Below, in pieces: positions 9,178-18,445 of a stretch of DNA of 64,000 bases (positions are counted from its first letter, which is position 1; the number at the start of each line of letters is the position of its first letter). The stretch is from NCBI GenBank assembly GCA_964593805.1, contig CAZQHP010000001.1, positions 453,283-517,282 of the forward strand, in the 5' to 3' direction. The DNA is from an uncultured Candidatus Saccharibacteria bacterium (GTDB lineage Bacteria > Patescibacteriota > Saccharimonadia > Saccharimonadales > JBBQAJ01). Both the position numbers and the translations under genes were made by a program. The notes beneath the pieces are model-generated. The model was not told the DNA's origin. It worked only from the letters and a program-made list of their open reading frames with translations, and made no database searches.

Positions 9178-12100
9178 CTAGAGTGCAAGAATTGTAAAAT
9201 TGAATGTACTGCTATCTGACCCGCTAGAGGATTCTACCCTCCAAGTACAAGCTCCGGGCGAGGTAGCTATTTCTCCGTCCGGAGGATTGTACGAGGTATC
9301 GCTTCCAACGTCTTTTGATTTGTCTTTCCCCGGACATGTCCAGAATACTGTGTAATTTCCACTGCTTCCATTCCAGGCGAAATTAAGCGCAGATCTAGTT
9401 GGAACCACCGCGCCGTTGCCCGGGCTTGCCAGAGTTAAAGGGCTGCCACCCCCAGGGACAGTTACGCTCCCAGAGGAGCCATCGTACAGGACGCTGTCAA
9501 TTACCTGGGCGGTTACCACGGTGTCGCTGGTAAAGTTTGGCGTGTAGGTGGCTGGGTTGGAATTTGACGCGTTGACAATTTGGCCGTCCACTAGGAAGTT
9601 TATGGTCATGGGGAATTTGTCGCTGGAAAGCGGGTGGGTACCGGGTGATGCCGAGGCGGTAAGTGTACCGCCGGCGTATGACAGCGAGATTGTCGGTTTG
9701 GCGTCTTCGCACTTGTGCACGTCGTCTTTTTCGCCGGTATCGGCACCGCCAGTACCGGTAACGAATTTATCAACAGAGAAAGTGTTGCTGTCGGCGCCGG
9801 TAGAGTCTTTGACGGCACGCACTGGCGTACATTCGGTGGCCAGTTTGTTGCTAACCTGGTCAATTTTTTGATTGGCGGTGGATTTGGCTGGCTGTTTGTA
9901 CCAGGAGGGGAACAAGTCCGTGCCGGGGCTTGGCTCAATAGACCCCACTCCTACGTGAGTTCGCACTACAAATGCCGGCAGTGTCTGGATGCCGTTTGGC
10001 TTGGCTCTTTCTTCCGGTTTGAGATTGGCGTGCATGGTTGTCATCCAGCCGTTCACAATCGGCGACGTCATGGTTTCCATGAATCCGCTCATGACTTTTT
10101 GCCGGTTATGGTATCCAACCCATGTGCCGACGGCGTACTGCGTGGAAAACATCATCATCAGCCCGTCTTTGGAGTCGTTGGTGGTGCCGGTTTTTAGGCC
10201 AAACTTCCAGCCTTTGTAGCGGTGAATTTTACTGGGGAAATAGCTGGCGTTTGGATCGCTCAGCATGTCTGTCACTATATAAGCCGTTTCCGGATTGATT
10301 GCTTGCGTGCCTTTGCTTGGTTTCCATTCATCCACGGTCTTGCCGGCCGCGTCAGAAATTTTCATGATGTACGTTTGCGGGATATTCAGGCCGTTTCTGG
10401 ATAGCGTGGAGTAGCCGTGAACGTGCTCGTCTAGCCGCAGGTAGGCGCCATCGCCGATGGCGGACGAAGCATAGCAAGGTGCCTGCTGAGTGTTTTGTTC
10501 GTCGTAGTAGCATCGGTAATTGCCAATTGTGGGGTCGGGTTTTCCGTCCGGCCCGTAGTTGGTCATGAGTTTGTGGGCTACGTCAATTGTCTGGTCCACG
10601 CCGACAATTAGCATTGATTTGATGGCGGGGATATTACGGGAACCGCCCAGTGCGTAGCGCAGCGTTAGCGGTCCCGGAAAGCGTAAATCATAGTCAATCA
10701 GACAATTCCCCGTGCGTGTTGGGGCAGTGGTGCATGGATATCCCGGCACGACGCCTTTCGTGTCATACAGCACAGACCCGGCTCCCACGTTTTTCTGCGT
10801 ATCAATCAGAGCGGTGTAGTCGTATGGTTTAAAAGACGAGCCTGGCGGCAGTTCCAGGTCGTGCGCGTAGTTGTTTTGGCCAAAATCAGGGTTGTTGAAA
10901 TCGGTGCCGCCTACGAGAGCCACGACTTGCCCGGTTTTGACGTCTTCGGCTACGAACGCGGCGGTGTCGCCGCCCTGCCGACGTACCTGTGTCAGGCCTT
11001 TTTGTACTTGTTCTTCAGCCACTTTTTGGGCATTCAAATCAAGCGTGGTTATGACCTTCCAGCCGCCGCGTTTAACTGACGTGGCGCCAAACCGGCGCTC
11101 CAGCTCTGATTTGGCGGTCAGCACAAACCAAGGTGATTTGATGTTTTCGTAGTGCTGGGGGCGCGGTTGGACTTGCGCCAGCACATCAACTTTTTTGGCT
11201 TCGTCGCGCTGTTTTGAGGTTATCATGTGCTGTTGTTCCATCAGGTCCAATATGTAATGTTGCCGTCCAATCAGCGCGTCGCGGTCAAAATCCGTCTTGT
11301 TGTAGGGGGAGTAGTAGCTTGGCGACTTAGGTATGGCGGCTAGCATAGCTGCCTGCTCAAGAGTCAGGTCTTTGGCGGATTTGTGAAAATAGTTCTGAGC
11401 CGCCGCTTCAATGCCGTTTTCGATACCTCCGTATGGAGCGGTGTTCAAATAGCCGGTTAGGATTTCCTGCTTGGTGTATTCACGTTCTAGTTCAACCGAC
11501 AAAATAATTTCTTTGACTTTACGCGTGTAGGTTCTTTCCGAACCGACGTTGGACTGTGTCAAGCGCACCAGCTGCTGGCTGATGGTCGAACCGCCCTGGG
11601 TGGTTCCGCTGCGTCCAAATATATTATTTATACCGGCGCGCAATATGCCGCGCAGGTCAAAACCGCCGTGTTGGAAAAAGTCTTTGTCTTCAATAGCAAT
11701 TGTCGCTTGCTTTACGAAAGTAGAGATTGCTTCGTCTTTGACCGGTATGCGCTTGGAACCATCAACGTCTTCAAACAGCAATGTTTGGCCGCTGCGGTCG
11801 TAATACAAAATACTGCCGCCTATGTTACTGCCGGAAATGTCACGGATGTTCGGCAGGTCTTTGCGGAAATAGGCAAAAACGCCAACCAGCAGTAGAAAAG
11901 TCGCCAGCGAGCTAATCCCAAAAAGTTTAAGCGCCATGATACCGCCTTCGCGGCTAAACCAGTATTTGTACAGGCGCTTGGGCTGCATACGGTAGAAAAA
12001 CCGATTAATACGGCCTTTGGGCATGCCAGCCAGCCGTTGCGCCCGGTTTTGGGCGTAGCTGGCCCTTTTGGCGCGGATTTTATCGCCTATGGAACGATTG

Positions 12101-12198
12101 ATTTTGATTGTCTGACCGCTTTTGGTCACAAAACTGCTTTTGCTATGGCGGCCAGTATTCCCACCCCGTCGCTTACCGCTTGATTTATTCGATGTCAT
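9178..12198 (-). CDS. Bifunctional penicillin-binding protein 1A (transglycosylase/transpeptidase) with a long C-terminal extension
   Basis: The GT51 motifs are IEDKDFFQHGG and GGSTISQQL. The transpeptidase motifs are SSFKP, SRN and KTGTT. It also has a K/R-rich N-terminal tail with a TM segment, and about 250 extra S/T/G-rich C-terminal residues. Confidence 0.9.
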   Translation of the reverse strand: MTSNKSSGKRRGGNTGRHSKSSFVTKSGQTIKINRSIGDKIRAKRASYAQNRAQRLAGMPKGRINRFFYRMQPKRLYKYWFSREGGIMALKLFGISSLATFLLLVGVFAYFRKDLPNIRDISGSNIGGSILYYDRSGQTLLFEDVDGSKRIPVKDEAISTFVKQATIAIEDKDFFQHGGFDLRGILRAGINNIFGRSGTTQGGSTISQQLVRLTQSNVGSERTYTRKVKEIILSVELEREYTKQEILTGYLNTAPYGGIENGIEAAAQNYFHKSAKDLTLEQAAMLAAIPKSPSYYSPYNKTDFDRDALIGRQHYILDLMEQQHMITSKQRDEAKKVDVLAQVQPRPQHYENIKSPWFVLTAKSELERRFGATSVKRGGWKVITTLDLNAQKVAEEQVQKGLTQVRRQGGDTAAFVAEDVKTGQVVALVGGTDFNNPDFGQNNYAHDLELPPGSSFKPYDYTALIDTQKNVGAGSVLYDTKGVVPGYPCTTAPTRTGNCLIDYDLRFPGPLTLRYALGGSRNIPAIKSMLIVGVDQTIDVAHKLMTNYGPDGKPDPTIGNYRCYYDEQNTQQAPCYASSAIGDGAYLRLDEHVHGYSTLSRNGLNIPQTYIMKISDAAGKTVDEWKPSKGTQAINPETAYIVTDMLSDPNASYFPSKIHRYKGWKFGLKTGTTNDSKDGLMMMFSTQYAVGTWVGYHNRQKVMSGFMETMTSPIVNGWMTTMHANLKPEERAKPNGIQTLPAFVVRTHVGVGSIEPSPGTDLFPSWYKQPAKSTANQKIDQVSNKLATECTPVRAVKDSTGADSNTFSVDKFVTGTGGADTGEKDDVHKCEDAKPTISLSYAGGTLTASASPGTHPLSSDKFPMTINFLVDGQIVNASNSNPATYTPNFTSDTVVTAQVIDSVLYDGSSGSVTVPGGGSPLTLASPGNGAVVPTRSALNFAWNGSSGNYTVFWTCPGKDKSKDVGSDTSYNPPDGEIATSPGACTWRVESSSGSDSSTFNFTILAL

Positions 12199-12230
12199 GT
12201 GGCTACTATGTACTCCCTAGTAATCCCCCT

Positions 12231-12239
12231 AGTATAGCA
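12231..12239 (-). promoter_or_regulatory. Extended -10 promoter of the PBP1A gene (TGcTATACT)
   Basis: The minus strand reads ttTGcTATACTaggggg, about 32 nt upstream of the ATG at 12198. Confidence 0.45.
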
Positions 12240-12285
12240 AATTTATATGCTTTCAACCCGGGATATTAGCCGGAGTAACCAGAGA

Positions 12286-12294
12286 TGTTATACT
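12286..12294 (+). promoter_or_regulatory. Extended -10 promoter of tyrS (TGtTATACT), 7 nt before the ATG
   Basis: gaTGtTATACTggttcctATG. No SD is present. Confidence 0.5.
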
Positions 12295-12301
12295 GGTTCC
12301 T

Positions 12302-13534
12302 ATGAGTGATATGTCCTTATCGGATGAACTTCAGTGGCGCGGTTTGATCAAAGATAAAACCTTCGCTAGCGAGGACTGGCTGAACAAACCCGGCATTTTC
12401 TATTTGGGTATAGACGCTTCAGCCGACAGTTTGACGGTGGGAAATTTAGCTATCCTCATGCTTGCCAGGCGGCTAGTGGCTGCTGGCTGGAAAGCTTTTT
12501 TTGTCATGGGTGGCGGCACTTCACTGGTTGGCGATCCTGGCGGCAAAAATGAAGAACGCGCTTTGATGAGCCGTAAAACAGTGGAAAACAACATAGAAGG
12601 CGTGAGAGCTCAAGTAACTAAGCTATTCAAAGGAAACGACTACAATTTGGTTGACAACTACGAGTGGCTATCCAAGCTCAAATACGTTGACTTCCTGCGA
12701 GAAGTGGGCAAACATTTTTCCATGACAGAACTCATGCAGCGTGATTTTGTGGTGGAACGGATGGGCCAAGGAGGCATGGGGATAAGTTACGCGGAATTTA
12801 GTTATTCCTTGGTTCAGGGTTACGATTTCTGGCATTTGTTTAACAAACATAAAGTAGTTATGCAGATAGGCGGTTCGGACCAATGGGGCAACTTGCTTTC
12901 AGGCGTTTCTCTAATCCGCAAAAAAGAAGCCAAAGAAGCTCACGCTTTAAGCATGCCTTTGATTGTCAACAAGGCTACTGGCCAGAAATTCGGCAAAACC
13001 GAAGGCGGCGCGGTGTGGCTTGATGCCAAAAAAACCAGCCCCTATAAGTTTTATCAGTTTTGGCTCAATGTTGATGACGAATCTGTCAAAGAATATCTAA
13101 AATACTTCACATTATTAAGTATCCCTGACACTGAAGCATTATTCCAAAAGTTTGACAAAGACCGCTCCTCGCGCTTGGCGCAAAAAACCCTAGCCTACGA
13201 AGTTACGCAACTGGTTCATGGCCAAGAACGCGCAGACACTGTCCAAAAAGCCAGCGAAGTTTTGTTCGGCCAAGGCAATTTCTTAGACCTAGGCGACAAA
13301 GAAACGGAAGTCTTGGCAGCCGAATTGCCCACAGTAGCTACCGCTAACGACTTCTACGACACTGTAGTTCTGGCGGGCCTGGCGGGGTCTAAGAGCGAAG
13401 CCCGAAACTTTCACGCTTCTGGAGCGATTTCGGTTAACGGCGAAAAGCTTGCGCCAGGCCAGGAAATTATTTTCCGAAATGGTACAAATCTACTAAAACG
13501 CGGCAAAAACAGTTTTGCGATTGTTAAAAAGTAA
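12302..13534 (+). CDS. tyrS: Tyrosyl-tRNA synthetase
   Basis: 410 aa. Class I fold with KFGKT (KMSKS-like), the GGSDQWGN motif and a C-terminal S4-like domain. Confidence 0.92.
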   Translation: MSDMSLSDELQWRGLIKDKTFASEDWLNKPGIFYLGIDASADSLTVGNLAILMLARRLVAAGWKAFFVMGGGTSLVGDPGGKNEERALMSRKTVENNIEGVRAQVTKLFKGNDYNLVDNYEWLSKLKYVDFLREVGKHFSMTELMQRDFVVERMGQGGMGISYAEFSYSLVQGYDFWHLFNKHKVVMQIGGSDQWGNLLSGVSLIRKKEAKEAHALSMPLIVNKATGQKFGKTEGGAVWLDAKKTSPYKFYQFWLNVDDESVKEYLKYFTLLSIPDTEALFQKFDKDRSSRLAQKTLAYEVTQLVHGQERADTVQKASEVLFGQGNFLDLGDKETEVLAAELPTVATANDFYDTVVLAGLAGSKSEARNFHASGAISVNGEKLAPGQEIIFRNGTNLLKRGKNSFAIVKK

Positions 13535-13557
13535 ATAGTGTATACTTTATTCTCGTT

Positions 13558-14418
13558 ATGCCAAAAACAACCAAAAAAAATGCAGCTAGGGGAGAGCAGC
13601 CCGAGAGGCGGATTCATTCCGCCCCCGGCGCGTTGAGAGGGGATGTTCCCCTCTCAAAAGCGAAGCGCAAAAAAGCAGATCAGTACGACGAAGGCGGGTA
13701 CAATTACCTCCGTTATTGGGATGGGCGCGATTACGAACACGCGTCTGAAGAAATGGCCATAAAGCGGTTGCTCAAAGGCAAGCACTTTAAAACCGCCGTG
13801 GATATTGGCGGCGGCTACGGCCGACTCTGCGTTTTTTTGGAAAACTTCGCGGACAAAGTTACTCTGGCGGAGCCGTCTAAACAGCAGCTGGAAATTGCCA
13901 AAGATTTTCTAAAAGGCCACCCGGAAATTGACCAAGTGCTCACCCAGGCAGACGATATTAAACTGGCTGATAAGTCGCAAGAACTAATCACGATGATCCG
14001 CGTGATGCACCATTTGCCCAGCCCGCGCGAAGAATTCAAAGAACTGCACCGTGTGTTAAGTGACGACGGCTACCTACTGCTAGAAGTTGCCAACTACGGC
14101 CATGCTAGGAATCGCATAAAACACATTGTTCGCTTCAAGAGCCTGCCTAGCGAACCGGTAGACATCCGCTCACCTGAAAATAGAAACGACGCCGAAATAT
14201 CTTTTGTAAACCACAACCCCCGCACGGTGGTAAAGCAGCTGGCTCATGCCGGCTTCAAAGTAGAAAGGGTCTTGTCCGTATCAAACCTGCGTAGCCCCAG
14301 CCTCAAAAAAATTCTCCCTCGTGGAATAATGCTCAGCCTGGAAAAGATCATGCAGCCAACCCTGGCCAAAACCTACTTTGGCCCCAGTATTTTCTTCCTG
14401 ATTCGCAAAGCGAAGTAG
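13558..14418 (+). CDS. Class I SAM-dependent methyltransferase (start uncertain)
   Basis: VDIGGGYGR is the motif I glycine loop. The first ~37 codons read through repeat copy D. There is no alternative in-frame ATG before the conserved YDEGGYNYLRYW region; an in-frame TTG lies at 13633. Confidence 0.7.
   Translation: MPKTTKKNAARGEQPERRIHSAPGALRGDVPLSKAKRKKADQYDEGGYNYLRYWDGRDYEHASEEMAIKRLLKGKHFKTAVDIGGGYGRLCVFLENFADKVTLAEPSKQQLEIAKDFLKGHPEIDQVLTQADDIKLADKSQELITMIRVMHHLPSPREEFKELHRVLSDDGYLLLEVANYGHARNRIKHIVRFKSLPSEPVDIRSPENRNDAEISFVNHNPRTVVKQLAHAGFKVERVLSVSNLRSPSLKKILPRGIMLSLEKIMQPTLAKTYFGPSIFFLIRKAK
13588..13668 (+). repeat. Double-hairpin repeat element, copy D (inside the 5' end of the methyltransferase ORF)
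   Basis: AGGGGAGAGCAGCCCG, aga, hairpin 1 (GGCGG-attcatt-CCGCC), GGCGCG, hairpin 2 (TTGAGAGGGGA-tgt-TCCCCTCTCAA), AAGCGAAGCGC. Confidence 0.8.
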
Positions 14419-14427
14419 TGCTATAAT
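14419..14427 (+). promoter_or_regulatory. Extended -10 promoter (TGcTATAAT), 6 nt before the ATG at 14434
   Basis: agTGcTATAATtgtttcATG. Confidence 0.5.
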
Positions 14428-14433
14428 TGTTTC

Positions 14434-14670
14434 ATGAACAAGCGGGATGACGATTACGCTGGATTAATTCTTGAGGAATTAAGAGACCAGAACAAGGCGA
14501 TTTTAGAAATACTTTCCCCTATGAAACAAATGTCAGTAGATGTGTCTGAGCTAAAAGAGGACATGCGAGAAGTCAAATCAGATATAAAGGCCATTAAAGC
14601 TGTTGTCAAAAAGCACAACACTGAACTTACAGACCACCAACAACGAATCACCGTTCTGGAAACAGCCTAG
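14434..14670 (+). CDS. Hypothetical small coiled-coil protein
   Basis: 78 aa, charged and heptad-like. It has its own extended -10 promoter. It uses rare codons (AGA, TTA, ATA) more than its neighbours do. Confidence 0.45.
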   Translation: MNKRDDDYAGLILEELRDQNKAILEILSPMKQMSVDVSELKEDMREVKSDIKAIKAVVKKHNTELTDHQQRITVLETA

Positions 14671-14685
14671 TCTATACTGTTGGGT

Positions 14686-16722
14686 ATGACGTTGGATAGC
14701 CCGGCTACGGAGATTAAAGGTGTGGGGGGTGAAGTTGCCAAGAAATTGGCCGTTTTGGGCGTGAAAACGGTTTCTGAACTTATTGATTACTACCCGCGGA
14801 GGTACGACGATTATTCAGACGTATTAGCAATCAACCAAATCAAACCAGGGCCAGTTACTATAAAAGCTACAGTCAAATCTTCTGCCAGGCGGTACGCGCG
14901 CAGGGGATTGCACATAACTGAAGCGGTTGCCAGTGACGCAACCGGCAGCGTGCGGCTGGTTTGGTTCAATCAGCCGTATCGGGCGGCTTCGCTCAAGGCC
15001 GATCAGGAATACTACATTTCCGGCGAGTTTGGTTTGAATTATCAGCGGTTGAGTATCCAAAATCCGTCCATAGAACTTGTCAGCAATTTTCCGATTAATA
15101 CGGCGCGGATTGTGCCTGTTTACCGCGAAACCAAAGGACTCAAATCGGCACAGATTCGGCGGGCAATCCGTGAAACGCTGCCGGTTTTGCGCCAACTCTC
15201 AGAAACGTTGCCCCCGTGGCTGGTAAACGAAGAACGGCTGATGGCTCGAGCTGAAGCCGTGGAGCAGATTCATTTTCCATCCAGCCCAGACGACTTATTG
15301 GCGGCCAAGCGCCGGTTGGGGTTTGAGGAAGTGTTTGAGCTCACGTTGGCGGCGCTACTAAATAAATACGAGCTTATGCAAGAGGTTGCAGTAGCAATCC
15401 CTTTTGAAGAAAAACTGGCGCGGAGCTTTGTAAAACATCTGCCATTTCACCTGACAGACGACCAAAAACGGGTGATTTGGCAAATTTACCAGGACATGCA
15501 GAAAACCCAGCCTATGAACCGGCTGGTTGAGGGCGACGTAGGTTCCGGGAAAACCGTTGTGGCCGCCATGGCCGCGGTCATGGCTATGGAGCACGGCTTT
15601 CAGGCCGCGCTGATGGCGCCTACCGAACTGCTGTCTCGCCAGCACGCCGAGACAATTTATAAATTGCTTGAACCGCTTGGTTTGCACGAACAGGTCGGCT
15701 TGCTGGTCGGAGGGCTCAAGCCAGCTCAAAAAATTGCCGCTCAAAAACGCATCGCCGCTGGTGACATACGATTCATGATTGGCACCAACGCGCTCATCCA
15801 GGAAAAAGTAGACATGCACAAACTTGGCCTGGTAGTGATAGACGAACAGCACCGTTTTGGGGTGGAACAGCGCAAAAAGCTGCAAGCCAAAGCCGGACAC
15901 ATGCCGCATGTGCTAAGCATGACGGCCACACCTATCCCGCGCAGCCTGGCGCTGACGCTGTACGGCGAACTTGACGTATCGGTAATCAGTACCAAGCCAG
16001 CCAATCGCAAGCCAATTCAAACGGACCTAGTACCATTGGTCGGCCGCCAAAAGGTGTATGCGGAGGTTGATAAAGAGCTGGCAGCCGGCCGCCAGGTATT
16101 TGTGGTCTGTCCGCTTATCAGCGAATCAGACCTCATGCCCGCTAAATCTGCCGAACAAGTATATAAAGAACTAACAAGCGGCCCATTCAAACACCGCCGC
16201 GTAGGCTTGCTGCACGGCAAAATGAAACCGGCCGAAAAAGACGCTGTCATGCAATCGTTTGTCCAGCACAACCTGGACCTGCTTGTTTCCACTACTGTTA
16301 TAGAGGTTGGCGTGGATGTGCCTAACGCCACGGTTATGATTATAGAAAACGCTGAGCGGTTTGGCTTGGCACAAATTCATCAACTGCGCGGCCGGGTTGG
16401 ACGGAGCCATCACAAAGGCTACTGCTACCTGTTGCTGAGCGATAACCAAGCTCCCACTCGCCGGCTGCGAGCCCTGGAACAATCTTCGGACGGCTTCAAG
16501 CTGGCCGAATATGACCTGGAACTGCGCGGCCCGGGCGCTATCTACGGCACCGTGCAGCATGGCCAGCTGGATTTGCGCGTAGCTAAACTAACGGACACCA
16601 AACTTATAGCCGCCGCCCGCAAACGGGCTCAAGAATTTATAGATAAGCGCGAAAATTTGCTAGAATATAAACAGCTATGCGAACGAGTGAAAGCTAATCG
16701 TTCGGTCACAAATTTAAATTGA
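14686..16722 (+). CDS. recG: ATP-dependent DNA helicase RecG
   Basis: Has a wedge/OB N-terminal domain, Walker A GDVGSGKT and DEQHRFG. The ORF track starts at TTG 14680, and the first ATG is at 14686. Confidence 0.92.
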   Translation: MTLDSPATEIKGVGGEVAKKLAVLGVKTVSELIDYYPRRYDDYSDVLAINQIKPGPVTIKATVKSSARRYARRGLHITEAVASDATGSVRLVWFNQPYRAASLKADQEYYISGEFGLNYQRLSIQNPSIELVSNFPINTARIVPVYRETKGLKSAQIRRAIRETLPVLRQLSETLPPWLVNEERLMARAEAVEQIHFPSSPDDLLAAKRRLGFEEVFELTLAALLNKYELMQEVAVAIPFEEKLARSFVKHLPFHLTDDQKRVIWQIYQDMQKTQPMNRLVEGDVGSGKTVVAAMAAVMAMEHGFQAALMAPTELLSRQHAETIYKLLEPLGLHEQVGLLVGGLKPAQKIAAQKRIAAGDIRFMIGTNALIQEKVDMHKLGLVVIDEQHRFGVEQRKKLQAKAGHMPHVLSMTATPIPRSLALTLYGELDVSVISTKPANRKPIQTDLVPLVGRQKVYAEVDKELAAGRQVFVVCPLISESDLMPAKSAEQVYKELTSGPFKHRRVGLLHGKMKPAEKDAVMQSFVQHNLDLLVSTTVIEVGVDVPNATVMIIENAERFGLAQIHQLRGRVGRSHHKGYCYLLLSDNQAPTRRLRALEQSSDGFKLAEYDLELRGPGAIYGTVQHGQLDLRVAKLTDTKLIAAARKRAQEFIDKRENLLEYKQLCERVKANRSVTNLN

Positions 16723-16726
16723 ATAG

Positions 16727-16803
16727 TGAAAAATGAAAAGTGAATAACACAAATCTAAAATCGCAAACATTCTCTTTTCACATTTCTCTTTTCACATTTC
16801 GGG
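16727..16803. repeat. Heptamer-periodic hairpin tract (11 x 7 nt) downstream of recG
   Basis: GTGAAAA ATGAAAA GTGAATA ACACAAA TCTAAAA TCGCAAA CATTCTC TTTTCAC ATTTCTC TTTTCAC ATTTCGG. The arms GTGAAAA and TTTTCAC are complementary. Confidence 0.75.
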
Positions 16804-16816
16804 AGCGAAGCGACTA

Positions 16817-17638
16817 ATGTACTCAGGGCTAACGATTTTCTCTAAACATTCCGGTATTTTGCTTGGGGCGCATCAGAAAATTGACCGGGTGTCCCGCAAA
16901 CAGCTTCAGCGGCTGGCGGGAGAGGCTGGCGAATTCCCGCCCATCAAAGACATACTGCATTTTGAAGGCGTAAATGGGCCGGATGGGATTAAGCGCAAAA
17001 GCCCGTCTCATGACGAACCCTGGCACTTTTTTGACCCCTTCGACCCAGACGACACCCAGCTTCTAGAGCTTATTACCGATCACTATAAAAAGCTGGTAAC
17101 AGAGTTAAAAGCCAACAACCAAGAACGCGCGGCGTTTGAAGCCGCTTGGCTGGCCCACGCGCTGGTAGATGGCTTAACGCCCGCTCACCACTACCCGTAT
17201 GAAGAAGAACTAAGCCAAATCCGAGAAGGCGAAGGCCTGGAAACTCGCAATAGTTTTAAAAAAAAATTGATCATGCCTGGTAAAACACGGCGCGCCAAAG
17301 TGCGAAACAACTGGAAAATGTGGGGCGGCGGCGGACTTTATACCACGCATGCCTCGTTCGAAATGGGCGTGGCAACGCTCATAGCCCCGCTGACGTTCAA
17401 AGAAACGCTGCCCGTACCATCTGAGCTTGCCCGCGCCAAAGAGTTGGGCGTGGTGCAGTTGTTTTGCCAAGCAGCTCGAGAAATAGCCGTTTTGGATATG
17501 TATCATAACTATCGCAAAAAGGGCTGGACGCCCAAACTGGCCTGGCAGGTTCGCCACCGGCTGGGTCCAGTTATTGTCCAAACGGTCACGATAACGTGGT
17601 ACCTGGCCATGCAAGAAGCCAGCCGAAATAAAACATGA
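16817..17638 (+). CDS. Hypothetical protein (His/Asp-rich, possibly a metal-dependent hydrolase fold)
   Basis: 273 aa. The ATGA overlap with rsmD suggests translational coupling. I see no confident family signature. Confidence 0.5.
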   Translation: MYSGLTIFSKHSGILLGAHQKIDRVSRKQLQRLAGEAGEFPPIKDILHFEGVNGPDGIKRKSPSHDEPWHFFDPFDPDDTQLLELITDHYKKLVTELKANNQERAAFEAAWLAHALVDGLTPAHHYPYEEELSQIREGEGLETRNSFKKKLIMPGKTRRAKVRNNWKMWGGGGLYTTHASFEMGVATLIAPLTFKETLPVPSELARAKELGVVQLFCQAAREIAVLDMYHNYRKKGWTPKLAWQVRHRLGPVIVQTVTITWYLAMQEASRNKT

Positions 17639-18174
17639 GGATTATATCTGGCGAGCTAGGCGGCAGGCAATTTGAGGCTCCAAAAGGCCACAAAACCCAC
17701 CCCATGGGAGACAAGCAGCGCGGCGCTCTGTTCAACACCCTCGGAGACATAACTGGCCTGACGGTGCTTGATCTGTACGCCGGCAGCGGCGCCTTGAGTT
17801 TTGAGGCAATTAGCCGGGGAGCATCCAGTGCCACCGCAGTGGAATTGGACAAAACAGCCCAGGACGCAATCATGAACAACATCCACGCGCTGGGCCTGCA
17901 AGACAAAGTGGCACTCGCATCCAGCCGAGTTGCCAGCTGGTCCAAAAAGCACATTACCGACTGGTACGACGTGGTGCTATGCGATCCGCCTTACGACCGT
18001 GTATTAGAGGGTTCTGTCCAAAAACTCACCACGCACGTAGCCCGTGGCGGCGTGTTTGTGCTGTCCTGGCCAGAAAAACTAGAAATACCAGAGTTCAAAG
18101 GCTTGGAACTTCTCAAGTCCAAAGTCTATGCCAACGCCCGCCTTATCTTCTACAAAAAACCAATTCCAACCTAA
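17635..18174 (+). CDS. rsmD: 16S rRNA (guanine966-N2)-methyltransferase RsmD
   Basis: 179 aa. Has VLDLYAGSGALSFEAISRG (SAM motif I) and DPPY. Confidence 0.85.
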   Translation: MRIISGELGGRQFEAPKGHKTHPMGDKQRGALFNTLGDITGLTVLDLYAGSGALSFEAISRGASSATAVELDKTAQDAIMNNIHALGLQDKVALASSRVASWSKKHITDWYDVVLCDPPYDRVLEGSVQKLTTHVARGGVFVLSWPEKLEIPEFKGLELLKSKVYANARLIFYKKPIPT

Positions 18175-18219
18175 GCACTTCTGGACGGATTACTGATTCT
18201 CTCGTAAAATAACCAGGAT

Positions 18220-18304
18220 GCGGATGTGGTGGAATTGGTAGACACGCCAGTTTTAGGAACTGGTGCCGTAAGGCGTGAAGGTTCAAGTCCTTTCATCCGC
18301 ACCA
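18220..18304 (+). tRNA. tRNA-Leu (anticodon TAG), CCA encoded
   Basis: The acceptor stem is GCGGATG/CATCCGC. The anticodon stem is CCAGT/ACTGG with loop ttTAGga. It has a long variable arm and a GTTCAAGTC T-loop. Confidence 0.9.
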
Positions 18305-18342
18305 AAACAACCAAGCGACCTTTATGGTCGTTTTGTTGTTTT
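18304..18342 (+). terminator. Long A/T-rich hairpin after tRNA-Leu
   Basis: AAAACAACCAAGCGACC-tttat-GGTCGTTTTGTTGTTTT forms 17 pairs with one mismatch and one G-U. Confidence 0.4.
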
Positions 18343-18445
18343 GTCGGAAAACGACTTGAACCGTAGGCATGAATAGCCTATGGCTGTTCATGTTTTCCTT
18401 GCTTGGCCGTTTCTGGAGGACTTGTCCGAAGAAACGCATATATGG

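Noticed and set aside
12199-12301. A possible T-box or attenuator upstream of tyrS, and likewise upstream of trpS at 54835-55150.
   Set aside because: The tyrS gap is about 100 nt, and its promoter -10 lies only 7 nt from the ATG, so there is no room for a leader. No terminator is present before trpS.
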